Source: Lytechinus pictus (taxonomy: Eukaryota). From it: a stretch of 64,000 nucleotides of DNA. Below the pieces are notes generated by a model. It did not search any database. It had not been told where the DNA came from and saw only the letters and a list, made by a program, of their open reading frames with translations. Location of the stretch: contig NC_087252.1 in assembly GCF_037042905.1 (NCBI RefSeq), positions 15,564,001 to 15,628,000 of the forward strand. The letters run 5' to 3'. The position numbers and the translations under genes were made by a program. Positions within the stretch are counted from its first letter, which is position 1, and each line of letters starts with the position of its first letter. This document shows positions 1-14,172 of this stretch, in pieces.

Positions 1-252
1 CTCTCTTTTGACATGAACTGATCTACCTTGTTATTGCATTTCTTTTTCCAAAGTGATTTTATTTTGCCTGCCATGACCAAAACAAGGGTCAATATCATAT
101 CATTTAGACCCTAATTTTGGTCATTCTACTGTGAGAATTTTGCTTGCCCAATTTATTTGGGCAAGTAGTTTTGGTCTTTACTTCAAAACACTTGCCTGAC
201 CCTAACTTTTACTTGCCCCGGTCAATTGGGCAAGTGCTTATGTAGCACCCTG
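1..252. mobile_element. Right end of a non-autonomous hAT-like DNA transposon, cut by the window start
   Basis: Ends in ...gggcaagtgcttatgtagcaccctg (a CAGGG-type terminus on the minus strand). Subterminal cttgccc/gggcaag motifs are repeated in both orientations. Confidence 0.55.
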
Positions 253-1478
253 ATCACAGCATTACAAAAAGTTTACACGCATCAGCGGACAAACACTTAA
301 TGAGGTATGACGTCATATCTTCATTAACATACAGCCAATAAAATCCCGTTACTGACAGTGACTTATAAATATTCATTAACCTATCACGGGCTGACCTCAT
401 TTGCTTATAAACACAGGTCAAAAATAATAGCCAATCAGCCTGCGCCAACGGGCAAGAGACCGACGGGGCGGTGTTTGTTTATGTGCAAAATGTCATGCAC
501 CCATATTCATATAATATAGCCATACACATCATATGATCGAATCTATAAGGTTTCAACTTTATGATGATCAATTTGATTTATACGAGTATCACTGTAATAT
601 TTTCTAGACCATGATGGCTCTACAAGCTGTCTCTCTAGCCAGCTAGATCCTCAATTGTTTGCATGGATATGCAGCACCGGTCACCGCGCGCTAGCTAGCT
701 ATAGCGCCTAGCCTGCCCGGCGCCGGCGCGGCCGAGCGCGGCCGCCCCGGACGCATATATAGAGACGTCTCGACGATATCCGCGGGATCACAAAGCCAAT
801 CAATCACAGCGCGCGATCCAGCGGCATCAGTTTTGATGAATATTTATTAATGATCACGCGCTGACCTTTCGCCCGAAAATTATTAGCCAATCAAAAAGCG
901 CTATCCTGAATAGCAGCACGTGTTGAAAAGAGATTACGAGAGGCAGATTTTGTCAGGGGACATGGTTTATGAATATTGCCTAGGTACCTATGGGCAAGTT
1001 TTTCCAAATTGCTAGATTTTTCACATGAATGTTCATTAGTATATTACTATTCATTTTAGGGATGTACTTTTTGTTTCTACGAAGGTAATAATGGTTCTTT
1101 TGTGTCCTGAGGTAGGCCCTTCTGAAAGGGCCTCCCCTTGCCTTCTGCGCGCACCGCGCCATTGATATAACACGCGAAAATATGTGCGAAATACGGAGAA
1201 CCGAATCCCAAGGGGAAAACAAGCTATTTTTCAACTCAAAAGGTACCTATGTAAAATTTGAATTATCGGCATCTACACCAAGTGTAAGACCTACACCTTC
1301 ATTTTAACCATGTACTCTTGCTTCCCGAGATAATACTAAGCAGCTTTAGGCTCATGAACTTGAGTTTGTGTGTATTAGCCCTATACCTGTCTCTGCGCTC
1401 AGATTAGTGCTTTTTCAAAACGTACTCCGCGTATGGAAGATGTCACTTTGAAAATTGTAATGGGACTCATGGACAGTG
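253..1478. mobile_element. Probable terminal fragment of a CACTG-ended (CMC-group-like) DNA transposon with a GC-rich internal promoter-like segment
   Basis: CpG-rich block that ends abruptly at ...gggactcatggacagtg (1478) before AT-rich DNA resumes. The other end is not visible, so the family is only inferred. Confidence 0.3.
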
Positions 1479-1839
1479 CAATAAAGTAGAATGTTCAGTT
1501 CAGCCCAGTTTATTTATTCATTTCATCTCTGAAAACAATGACATTATATATACATGAAATATACACATCAGATATTTGCCCCAAAATGAAAATAAATACA
1601 AATGACATATGAGTATTTTGTAAAATAATGTAAGAAAGAAAATGTGATTACTTAGAATAAAGCTAATTGTGGTCCTGGGAGGGGAAAGTGCTCTTGAAAA
1701 AACCCCAAAACATTATTTCTATTTGGTTTGTATAATAAGCAAAGCAAATATAAATGACAATAATAGAATAAAGGATGGAATGAAAGAAAAGTGATACATG
1801 TCTCAAGGAATCAAGAATTTAGTATAAAATCGTTAAATC

Positions 1840-1993
1840 TGTAGTGTTAGTTTAACATCCATTGGTGTTATTATAACACCTTTGGTTGTTACTTTTAACA
1901 CTCTTTGGTGTTATCTACAAACTCCAAGGTGTAATTTTAACACTGGGATGTGGTCAGTTTATTTAGTGTCAGATTTAACACCCCAGTTTTACA
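1840..1993. mobile_element. Fragment of the taacacc/ggtgtta-motif MITE family (EnSpm-like)
   Basis: Dense aacacc/ggtgtt motifs, similar to 9511-9751, 21590-21895 and 32396-32612. Confidence 0.55.
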
Positions 1994-2440
1994 ACATATG
2001 GTCAGTACATTCATTATTAATAGCTAACACTATTGTGTTTTTTCAATAAAATGTTTTACAGGTTGGTATCAAAATGTCTCAAGTGTAGATACATGTATAG
2101 AATATAAGATGGATGGGGCCTTTATCAAATAGCTAAAGCACCATTCATCTCAAGCAAATAGGTGTTACGACCCCAATGTATCCAAATAAATAGAAAAATT
2201 GTAAGAAGTGGTAATGTATATCTGTTTGTGAATGATATCAGATGTGGAGTATTCCCATAGCAGATAATTCGAGAAGAGAAACATTCCATCTCAAAACCGA
2301 AAGAAATTTGTGATTATATTGTGAAAATTGTCAATATGAGAAAGGAAGATTTCACATCTAATGGAAGATTTGACATCGACATGGAATTCATACATATTTT
2401 TTAAAGCAGCCTCTTGAATGGCAGAAAGCCTCGCCTTTAA

Positions 2441-2600
2441 AGGGAAATCTAACCCAAATAAAAAGTTGTTTTTTTAGAGGAAAACGAAAAATCAGACAAT
2501 TAGATAGGTGAAAGTTTGAACAATATCAGACAAACAATAAGAAAATTATGATGAAAAATTGTAATCATTATGACCATGGAGATATTAAAAAGCTAAATTA
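2441..2600. mobile_element. Left end of a degenerate Kolobok-like MITE
   Basis: TTAA|AGGGAAA start with gtgaaagtttgaacaatatc; related ends lie at 38411, 61370 and 63668. Confidence 0.45.
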
Positions 2601-2995
2601 AGAGATTACATCCACAAAATGTTCATCAGCCCGTTCCATGCTTTAGAAGGGGTGTTTTATATAAGCAAGACAAAAAAATGCAGATAGTTCATTGTGATCG
2701 GACACTTGATCATAATAGATTTTGATGTGAAATTCGTAGATCTATCCAATAAAACATATTTTCATTATGTTTCATCCTAACACCATCCAGGGCACGCACA
2801 TTCATATAATCTATAATGAATCGGAATAATGATATTGACTTTTGGGGAATTAACCAAACCTAAAGATATGCTTAAGACTGTTGTCTTATGAAAGCCAATC
2901 TCGTATTGAAAATTGAAGTTTAATTGTAGAAATTGTGAACTCATGTAACCATATCCCTGAGTATTATCTTTGGTGGGTGATGTACATTAAATCCT

Positions 2996-3009
2996 CCACC
3001 AGATGGCGT
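2996..3009 (+). promoter_or_regulatory. CTCF-like motif
   Basis: CCACCAGATGGCGT closely matches the CTCF core consensus and sits in unique sequence. Binding is not demonstrated. Confidence 0.45.
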
Positions 3010-3424
3010 CCATGTTGATGATTGTCATTTGTAATAATTGGCAAGAAAATGAGAAATTAGGGGAGGAAAACGTGTAATTGTTCCATGTGACTAGGATGTG
3101 GGCAGTTTAACAGATGGATGAATTATAGAGATGAATGTTTGCAGGGTAGGGTCATCACTGCCATGAAATTTAGAAGAGAGAAGAGAAAGATTCAACATTA
3201 TTTTCCCTTCCGCAGATCATGAATAACCTTTCTTCACCTATATGTGTGTATTGTGTGTATACATTCTAAATATGATTCATTTCAGAGCGCTAAGAGACTT
3301 GATTGTAATTTGCATTATTTGAAAGCTGATTACTATCATTGTTATCATTATTAATATCATCATCACCATCATCATCCTTATCACTAGTATGATTATAATT
3401 TGACCATTGTTAAGATCAGTTTAA

Positions 3425-4490
<1,066 letters not shown>

Positions 4491-4574
4491 GTTTCACACA
4501 AGTGATTTTTATACAAGTCTTTCATGCGCAGTACTGGCTATGCACTGTATACCAATTAATAGTTACTGCATACC

Positions 4575-4700
4575 ATAACAACAATAATAATGATGATGAT
4601 GATAGTATTGATAATAATAGTAATAATAATGATGATGATGATGATGATAGTATTGATAATAATAAATATAATGATAATAATAATAATCATAATGATAATA
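4575..4700. repeat. (AAT)n/(GAT)n simple repeat
   Basis: Seen directly. Confidence 0.9.
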
Positions 4701-5344
4701 CTACATCTGTATATCACCATCTTTCTAGAAATAATTTTCTTTCGAGGACAACCCTTATTATTACATTCACTTTAGCTTGAGCTGCCGTTTTCCAGCACGG
4801 TGCATTCAATGAGTTAACGTCACAGGCAATGGAAACATGACTGATAATGAGTCCAATGTGTCATACACAGGAATATGACATTGCCAGATATAGTGTTTCA
4901 ATGCACTCAAAACATGTCATATATTTGCTAATGTTTGCATTTATCATGACATTTATGTTCACAGGGATTTTGATTAGGTGCATGTGCTGAATTGCTCTTT
5001 CCAATCTTAAATAATAAATTTCCTTTAATTTTTCCTTGATCAAATACAATTATTTGATTGATGTGTAAAGAAAAATGCAATCTACTTGTCAAGATAATAA
5101 AATACAGAGGTGATAATAATATTTCCGTCAGCACCTCTGTTCACTAGCCTGAAATTTTGTGAAAAAAGGTAAAACAAAAACTTAAACACAATCATTTAAT
5201 GATTTAACCATGCTACATTTGGAAATCAAAATATTTATGAAAAATTATTATGATTATCATTAGGTTTATTATTATCATTAGGATATTATTGTGTTAGAGA
5301 GTTATGTTATATTTTATTGCCTTATTAAAAAGCTTAATTCCAGC

Positions 5345-5817
5345 AAAAACAATGATAATAATCTGCTTTTATAGCACTTTATCAGAACGACAAATCTAAT
5401 CGATTTCTAGATATATTATCACCCCGGTCATCTGATCCTGGGATGCCCGCATACAGTGTATGCACTTTCTCCACTCCTTGGGGAGCATTCCAACAGGGCA
5501 GAATTTCAAGACTCAATTGCTATGCATACTACATTCACTTCTGCATCTAGCCCTACCTGGCGCCCATTTAACTCTAGGGTATAGAGTGGCAAAGCGCGGA
5601 CTGATGCCTTGCCAACGGACGCAAACACGACCCTGTGTGCTATAAAGCATACTACGTAGGCTTTTGCATCCTACCGGGTACCCATTTAACACCTGGGTGG
5701 AGAGTGGCAAAGCATTGATTAATGCCTTGCCAAAGAATACTATTCCATGGTGACATTTAAACACATCCCTCTGCTAACAAGGCAAGGGTTGAAACAGCTA
5801 CATCACGACGCTTCCAC
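5345..5817 (-). mobile_element. Degenerate tRNA-derived SINE with a duplicated central core
   Basis: The core (cccatttaac...gggt..agagtggcaaagc...gccttgcc) occurs at about 5555-5615 and again at about 5670-5735. It is related to the intact SINE at 19070-19356, and the tRNA head near 5750-5817 is eroded. Confidence 0.7.
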
Positions 5818-6194
5818 CGTTCAGTTAAATTTATGAAACTGAAAATCCATTTTTTAACAAACAGTGATGTAAGACAAAAATGGAGGAGGCACAGGAATTG
5901 GAAAGCCAGACACGTCTACATTGATTTCTCTTTGTCACTCCATTGGGGGCAGAGATTCTTAGAAGATAACGACGACCAGTGAGAATCGAACATGGGAAAA
6001 CATTTGGAATGATATTGATTTTGTTTTATTCGGGATGAGCGGAAGGAAGTTATACCAAACCATGAAGATGAGGCAAGAAGCAAATCTATGGACTTGTGAG
6101 TCTAAAGTTAGTACATTTTACTCCAAAGATGTTCGATGTTTTTAATGGATTATTCATATAAAAAAGATAACTTGATTGTAGTATAGCACATATT

Positions 6195-6580
6195 TATTAA
6201 CATAGCATAACATAACATACAAAATTTATAAAGCGCTTTATACTAAAGTTTCAAAGCGCTAAGAAAGATGGGGAAAAAGAATACAAGATATCTTAGTAAA
6301 AGAACAACAAAGGAACTGAAAGTGAAAACACCATCACGAAAAAATAATAATACATACAAATAAAGAGATAATCAGCGAATACACAACTTAAATAAAATGG
6401 GTCGATAATCATGTATGTAAATTTAAATAATCCTAATAACTAAGAACACAATCCGACTTTTAAAAAATCTGAACACAATATGATTATGCCAATTAACTGA
6501 GGGGTATAATTTCATACAGAACACAATAGAAGCGAAGTATAGGAAAGTGAAAGTTATTAAAAGAGGTGGGTTTTAAGGAG
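6195..6580 (-). mobile_element. Possible degraded 3' end of an L2/CR1-group LINE
   Basis: Short repeat tail followed by tttataaagcgc...aaagcgct. The segment aagaggtgggttttaag reads LKTHL on the minus strand, a motif typical of L2 ORF2 ends. Confidence 0.35.
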
Positions 6581-8269
6581 GGGCTGTATGTTTAATGGGG
6601 GAAAGAAAAACAAATATACTTTCCTATTCTTTGGTTTATGAAGACACTCATGTTTGTCACTTATATAGAATTGGTTTATTCTGCTAGTTGTGTTTTAGCC
6701 ATTTGTTTTCCCCCCACTCACACACAAATGCTGCTTAAAATGTATATACAACACTGCTGACTATATGAACCTTACAGTAGTTTTAGTAGTTTTTAAATAA
6801 GTGTGTAAATTCTCAGACAATAAAGTAAATTTTTTAATACTTAATTCTGAATAATCAAGCATGGATGTTTAAACTGTTACACAACTACTGTAATGTTCAG
6901 ATAGTGAACACCTTTCTGATTTTTAAGTTTGGCTTGGCTAGTGGAAAACGGACCTCCTTCCATTTCCGCCCTCAAACCTAAATGTGAACGAGACATCAGA
7001 AAAAAAAAATGATTTCCATTAGGGAAATCAATATTTATTTCTAGAGGTGAGGATTCTGAGGGACACCATAGAAAGACTGCTCTATGGAATTGAGGGGTTT
7101 CTCGCTAACGACCACTGGAGCAGAAATCGGCTTTGACTTTCGTTTTCTCTGCATGTCCAATTTAATTCCCCTCCCTATTTGGGAGGCGCAGCTCGATTTG
7201 ATCAATATTCCTTGGCTCTTGAATTTTGGTTTATAAATTCTCTCACAAAATTCTTCTGGGATCCAATGACATTGATTTAAGTTATTCCTGGAATGGCAAA
7301 GAAACCACATTGATGAAAGTTATCTGATAAATGGAACAACTTCTATCTGTGTAATTACACCTAAAATATTATATTGATTTCTTAATATGAATATTTGTTG
7401 AAAATGGTAAGTTCATTGCTCCTCGCTTATTATTTAATGGTTTGTTAATTATATTGAATACCTGACCAACATGCTTACAGGTGTCAATGAAAATAATGTT
7501 TTATTTATAAACAAATAAACCTACTCACAATAGCCAATTAAATTTGTTAATTATAGTATTTACCAGCTGTTTGAAGGCAGAAGGCCCATAGATTATTACT
7601 GTTCAAACAGATAAGCCTTTGTGATTCTGGACCGAAAAATAATGTGCGTGATCTGCCAAGGTGATGTCAAAACATACGGGTATCAATGACACGGTCTTTA
7701 ATGAGTATCGCCATGCCGTTTACATGGAGGATGACTCAACAGTGTGTGATGTTTATAGAACCAAGGTGTAATTGAGGTCTAAAGGTGGGGGCAGGATCAG
7801 GGAGGTTTGTTGTCGTAGTGCCGGCTTGTTCTTCATCACGACAGCGTCGGCAACAGATACATTGACAAACGACTCTACGCAGCCTCTGATGAGAACACTC
7901 GGGCCAGGCATGTTTGTCTTGTCGCGTTCCGTTCTTTTTACAGCGTTCTCTCACAGACGAAGTATGCACCATTTACATACTTTGGAGAGAGCTAATAAGA
8001 AAGAAAAGTAAAAATAAGGAAAGTGAGATAGGGGAAAGGGGGGGTGTCTGACTGACAGAGGTTTGCTTTTTGTTTCAAGGATGTGAGGTATTTCATCTAT
8101 GTTATGACAGGGAGCCCTTGTCTTTGATACACAAGTTACAGCTCATTTACCGCATTACCACGCGAAAGTCATCACCATTTTTGGAAATGTTTCTACGTTT
8201 TTTTACTCTTGTCTTTTCAGTATTAACAGAGTAATTTTATACTAGCGATGGACATACTTCAGGTTAGGG

Positions 8270-8825
8270 TGGGGGGAGGGGGGAATGGGAATGTATTTTT
8301 TAAAGTGCTTTTATTGCTTTCGCCTATTCAACTCGAATTATGATTTGACAGTGTATGCCTCATGAAAATCTCAATTTCGGGGTGAAAAAAACTGGCAACT
8401 ACGTTCAAAATATGGAAGCTTGGGAACTACGATTTATCGGGCATAGAGCAAAAACAGGGTCGAAGGAAGGCGTTTTCAGAACATAACAGATTTAGTACTG
8501 GAACTGTGTGGTTGTGCAATGTACCACAGTAATGGAGTGAAATTAATTTATGTAATGAGCCCTCTTAGTTTATCTAAAGACTTTGGCTGTAGTTGATTCC
8601 AACCCATGCACAGCATTTGTCATGTGCCCGGGTCTTGAGCCTGTCAAATATACGCAATCTTGCATGCTACCTCTGGGCTGCACAGATGTCATTCGTAATG
8701 GGAGTTTGGGAGCAGGGCTGATCGGATTCTGAGCAGGTTTTGAGCGGAATCGAGTATCTAGAGAACTGAAATCATGGTCTAAAAATTGCTTAGTATTAGG
8801 AAAAAAGTGCCCCCCCCCCTCCTCC
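8270..8825. mobile_element. Degenerate dispersed repeat bounded by G-run and C-run ends
   Basis: G-run left end and aaagtgcccccccc right end. Internal ggaac motifs and aaaaacagggtc are shared with 63035-63190. Confidence 0.35.
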
Positions 8826-8966
8826 CTGGCTGCTGAATTTCTTTTCTGACAAACTTTTCTTCACAGAGTCAGAATAGGGTTTACTCTAGCAAAGACTACA
8901 CATCATGAATATTCATCATCACGGATCGTAAAGCTATAATGTAAAATGGCAATGATTTGAGCATCT

Positions 8967-9040
8967 GGCCATGGTGGCGCAGTTGGATTATTCTTGCGAT
9001 AACAATGACAAGTTTGCGGGTTCAAGCCCCAATATAGGCA
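8967..9040 (+). pseudogene. tRNA-like relic (tRNA pseudogene or SINE head)
   Basis: A-box tggcgcagttgg and B-box ggttcaagccc at tRNA spacing. The acceptor and anticodon stems do not pair properly. Confidence 0.55.
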
Positions 9041-9510
9041 AGAACCTATATTGAACATTTTCTCTCTGTTTTTTGGATAAAAATCGTGGCGAGATTTTGA
9101 ACAATCTAAGTACAAGTCAAAGTCTTGTAGCCTAATTTAAAGATTCCAAAACGGCTTCTCTGGGACAGGGAAAGATAAAAAAAGGCTAAAAGTTTGTAGA
9201 AAAAAAATGCTCCCTGGCTCCGAACACCATCTGTAGTCTTCCCTTCACACATATATATTGACCCACCTGAATCTATTCAACAGTCACAGACAATGACAGA
9301 TCCTTCATAACACGCACGTTCACATTTGTTTTCTCAAAACCTTCTGCAACGCATCCCTCTTACCATTTGCGGACACATTGATTGACATGTTCATATAATA
9401 ACATGTCTGTATAAATAACTTTAACAATGTCACGGATGGTGTTCTCCGGATGGGATCGGGATGGGTAAAGAATACCAGTTTTGTCTTATTGTCAGACAGT
9501 TTGAAAAATA

Positions 9511-9751
9511 CACTTCTAAAAACGTTGGTGTTAAAACAGACACCCTTTGGTGCCTCTTGAGGACCACATATACAAATTTCACCATAGAGATTGAACATAA
9601 CACCACAGAGTGTAAAGGTAAGTAGGTAACAAACAGTGGTGTTGTAATGACACCTTAGGTGTTGAATTAACACTGCATATTTAACACCAGAGTGAACTGA
9701 TTGGTGGTCCTTTATGTACACACTGGGCTAACACCGCAGATTTTACTAGGT
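9511..9751. mobile_element. taacacc/ggtgtta-motif MITE (EnSpm-like, CACT terminus)
   Basis: Starts ta|cacttctaaaaacgttggtgttaa and ends aacaccgcagattttactagg. Multiple copies in the window. Confidence 0.6.
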
Positions 9752-10997
9752 AGGACTTCCTAAAAGGTGTGGATGAATTTAGCAAGATCGAGATACAATC
9801 AACCCTTGCATTGATTCATTGGAACTCTTATTTGAATATATCCCCCATGCATATCTTTGATTACTTAGTAAATCATAGAATTTTAGTCAATTCTTTTTCT
9901 CAATCGGCCTAGAACGTATACAGACCTGACTTTGGTACTGTGATAGTCTGCAATACAGACTCCAGACAGATCAAATCTATTGTGTTGCGTCCACTGGCAT
10001 ACCATTTAAAAAATAGAAATGATTATTTCAGAAACATGATACCAAGACTTTAAAATGTGAATGTTGCCCCCCCCCTTTGGTTTATGGTTTGAAGCAATAA
10101 ACACCTCAAAAAGGTAGAAAAGTTATTTTTGTTGTTGATATAGACGTGTAATGATATATGACTCCCATTTGAATTCCTTTTATTATCAAAGTTTTTGTTC
10201 TTGGGCACCTCAGAGGGGGTCATCTTCACACCCCTCCACCGGTATCCTGTATCTCTTTCAGCACCTCTAGCTGTCCATATTTGCACCCCTTAGGGGGCGA
10301 GCTGGGTCTATCCCTGCTAGGCAGTCAACACCAAGTTCAGTTCAGTTCAGGGATATGAACTGATAAATCCAGGTCCCACTTATGACCCACTACCCTATTC
10401 AAAAAGTAACCAGAAAGCATATTTGTTTTTTAAAGAATGTTTTATATCATATTGAATCTTGATACCAAATCATGATGATAAATTTACAATATTTATAAGA
10501 AATTACACGAGATCAGATTATCATGACAAAACAGACAAACAAGCCACAAAAGTTTACAATTTTCTTGTATTTGTAATTTTTTGTATCCCTTTTGCCAGAA
10601 ATGGAATAAATAAAAGAAAATAAATTAACCATATTACAGTTGCTACTAGAAAGTGAACATGCAGAGGAGTTTTAAGTAAGATTCTTCAGTTATCAAAGAA
10701 AACACAACATTAAAACTATAAACCTTTTCCATGTACATCTGTACAGTGTGGGGGTTACAACTCAAATTTCTGTTTGGAACTGGAAGCAAAGTTTAGTTGA
10801 TGAACTTTATAGCTTATTTAAAAATATAAACACTTTTTGAAGGAAAATATGATTTTGAATTTAGCTTTTTACAGTGGGTAGGTAGAGAATGATATATGAT
10901 GGTAGGTTATGGATGTGTAAGTACAATATCCTACATTAATTTTGATTGATATGATGTGATGTTTTAATTGTGTTTTTGTTTAATTTTAATTTGTTTA

Positions 10998-11148
10998 TAC
11001 TTCGGTCACATTTGTTCTACGGCGAGTCAAAAACAGCTGTTTTAACATTTTTTGTACCAGCTTAATATAGGTGGTTTGAATAAAAATTAATAAAACGGCT
11101 GTTTTCGACTCCCTGTATGGCCGCCGTAGAGCAAATGTGACCGAGGTA
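10998..11148. mobile_element. PIF/Harbinger-type (Tourist-like) MITE
   Basis: TIRs tacttcggtcacatttgttctacggcg / cgccgtagagcaaatgtgaccgaggta, with TTA on both flanks. Confidence 0.85.
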
Positions 11149-12119
11149 TTAGGTCCTGTATTTTCATTTCATACTTGACTTCGAAGAATCATCTCTGACC
11201 AATGATCTTAGTAATAGGTGCCCAGGGATAGAAGAAAGTAAATGGCTTTTATCTCAAGAGAAAAGAAAAGAAAACGAAGAGAGAAGGGTGAAATATGAAT
11301 ATCATGTCAAAATCCATCACAAAATTGGATTGTAGTAATAAAAAATTGATCGATGTGTAGGACCAGTTGTTGCAACATGATTTATAAATCATCAAAATGC
11401 ACTTTTTATTTCATAATACACGTATAAAAATTAACGAAAACAGCGTTCAATAAATGGGCTAGTAAAGGTTCAAAGTCACTGTAAATCATAAGAAATTGTT
11501 TTATTGGGGAGGGGGAGGGGGGGGTGCTATTTGAAGCAGGGGCAGATTCAGATGGATAAGACACACAACTTGAAAGGGCCCGGCACTGAGTACCACAATA
11601 TGCCCTGTGAAATGGTGTGAAGTCCACATGATCAAATACAACACGATTTTTGTAGAACATTGTATTTCAATTTAAATATGAAAGTTAGAAGGAGTGAAAG
11701 CCCCCCCCCCCCCCAGTAGAATGATTTTATTCAAAGTTTGGTATAATGCTAGAACTCCTAAAATATGAATTCTGGTTTGCTGCAAGCCTTGTTGTTGGAG
11801 TTAACGTCCAAATCGGCTTCAAAGCACAGCCGATGACAACCACATTATGATTTAGAACTGAATTGCTTTTATTCCTGTGAGTCAACTTTGATTGTTATTT
11901 TGTAGGATGGAATGTTCATATCAAATGCTATTACATAATCTTTGAAAATCGCATTGCAACAGCTTGTGTAGTTTGCTCTGGGCTGGGCTTAACCCATCTG
12001 GATCCAAGAATCCAAATTTTGAATTTATAGAAATCATGTGAATAAATGCAAGTATATGAAGTCTCTGAGGCTCTCCTTAATCCACTGTTGTATAGCACTC
12101 ACCGTCATATAATAGGCCG

Positions 12120-12277
12120 GGGGAGCGTTTCATCAATATTCTTGTCTGACAAGTTGTCGGATCTGACAACTTTTTTTAAATTTGATTGGCCGAGAAGCAC
12201 TCTTACTATGGCAACTCTTTGATAAAATGGGACTTGTCGGATAAAATGTCCGACAATTCCTTTCATGAAACGATCCC
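12120..12277. mobile_element. MITE of the ggggNNcgtttcat terminus class
   Basis: TIRs ggggagcgtttcat / atgaaacgatcccc, with internal tgtcgga/tccgaca motifs. Confidence 0.8.
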
Positions 12278-12589
12278 CTGATGTATATGATCAATGTTAC
12301 CTGACCTAGCATCAGACAAACAAACCTGGGTCAGATTCGCTGAAATAGCCTACAAATTGCAAAGACTTTGGAAGTACACTGAAATTCACCATGAATCTTG
12401 GGGGAGGGGGGGGGGTAAATCTTACCCAAGCAAAACTCTGGTTTGTTGACAAGTTCATGGTCTAGAGTTTACCAACTTTGCTCTTAGGGTCATTTCATTT
12501 CTCTTGGCGCCTTGGTTTCCCCTGTTGCATTCCAAGATCACAAATCTATCATGAACTTTATTCTAACAACCATCTCATTGGTTTCACTT

Positions 12590-12905
12590 CCATCTCTCTT
12601 TCTCTTCACTTCTCTTCTCTTCATTTCTCTTCCCTTCTCTTCTCTTCTCTTCTCTTCATTTTTCTTCCCTTCATATCTCCTCCCTTCTCTTTTCTTCTCC
12701 CCCCTTCTCTTTTCTTCTCCCTTTTCTTCTCTTCTTTTATTTTATCTTCTCTTCTCCTATCTCCTCCCCTCTCGTCTTTTTTCTGCACTTTCAGAAATGT
12801 TTTGACCAACTCTTCTTCTTCTTCTTCTCCTTTTTCTCCTCCTCCTCCTTATCTTTATCATATGTCTATCATCTCCTACCTTCTCTCCTTCTGTCTCTCT
12901 GTCAT
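12590..12905. repeat. Pyrimidine-rich (CT/CTT) low-complexity tract
   Basis: Seen directly; it explains the spurious ORFs at 12478-12978. Confidence 0.9.
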
Positions 12906-13229
12906 CTTGCTCATTAAAAAAAAAAACAATGACCATAAAAAGAGAATAAGTAGGAGCATTTTGTTTTGTCTCCTGTAGTGGTCATTTAAGGTATTTGACA
13001 TTTACAACCAGTGCTAAAGCATAATGATATTTGTCATTTATATGTTTGGAATTGTGGAAAGCCATGCCTTCATGATCATTGAACCTAAACTCCTCGAGGG
13101 TCATAAGCCTTTCTCGCTCCGAGTGATAGATGCGGTGCAAGTTGCAACTTCAAGAACTTCCTTCTCATGTAGTGGAATAAGGACACATGCCACCGTTGAT
13201 ATGAAATACGTTTTTCAACTGAAGGGTCA

Positions 13230-13266
13230 TCAAAAGAAACAACCACATTGAATTTGCCTCTTTATT
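13230..13266 (-). terminator. Candidate cleavage/polyadenylation site
   Basis: Minus strand reads AATAAA-gaggcaaatt-CA-atgtggttgtttcttttg: hexamer, CA, and a GU/U-rich downstream element. A second AATAAA lies near 13332-13337. Confidence 0.45.
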
Positions 13267-13987
13267 GAAAATAAAACATCTTTGACACATTTTTAAAAAT
13301 TTCATAAGCATTTGTCAACAATCTGTCTATTTTTATTCCACATTTACATGTACTAAATCAAAACATTAAACATAATCAAATAAGAAAATACAAAGGATTA
13401 CCTGTGCATCTTTTGTTAATTTCAAGCCACTTACGCAATTCAGATTCAAATGAAAATTCATACTCAACATGTAACTCTATGCTACAATGTTACTAGGAAA
13501 ACTATTGTCGAGTAAAATAAACCAATTATGTTATATTGGTGTATAAATATGTTATAAGTATAATAAATATACAAAGATTTGCTTTTATCGTTAGGTTAGC
13601 ACAACTGGGTTAAATCTTGGAGGAAGGCATTTACAGACATTAAATATATCATATTTTTATGGATTTTTGACAAACTGTTTTCTCACTTCCTCCTCACGAT
13701 TGGTGTTTACTGTCTGTTGAGTGATATGCTCAGACAAGTTTCAGATATATATCAACTATTTCATATTTATTGCAAGATGGGCCAAAGAAAATATATGCTG
13801 TTGTTGAAATTGCATATTTACTAGAAATAAAAATATGACTGGGCAAATAACACAAGCACAGTGACCTCTAAGCCAGCAGTCTCATCTGTTGATTTTTAAA
13901 AAGAAAATATGTTTTTAAACTTTTTTCATCATGTAATTTATAAAAAAAAAAGAGTTTAGCCTTAATTGAATTAAATTAACCAACCTA

Positions 13988-14172
13988 GGGGCTGTTTCAT
14001 AAAGCTGTTTGTAAGTTAAAAGTGACTTTAAGAATGACAGGTGATCCTTTCTTGTGGCAAATGATTTTCATCATTATATGTTCATTGGTGGTTATTTAGC
14101 GTGTAAGAAAGTTTCACCAGTCATTCTTAAAGTCGCTCGTAATGGACGAACAGCTTTATGAAAGCACCCTCC
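13988..14172. mobile_element. Harbinger-like MITE family A, copy 1
   Basis: Long TIR gtttcataaagctgtt.gtaagttaa..g.gactttaagaa.gac.ggtga; homologous to 14837-15017 and 40374-40554. Confidence 0.85.

Noticed and set aside
7045..7136. Protein-like stretch VRILRDTIERLLYGIEGFLANDHWSRNRL* after a plus-strand ttctAG
   Set aside because: No compatible upstream coding exon. Joining the Met-initiated frame at the nearest good donor (about 6095) creates an immediate stop, and no homologue is recognised.
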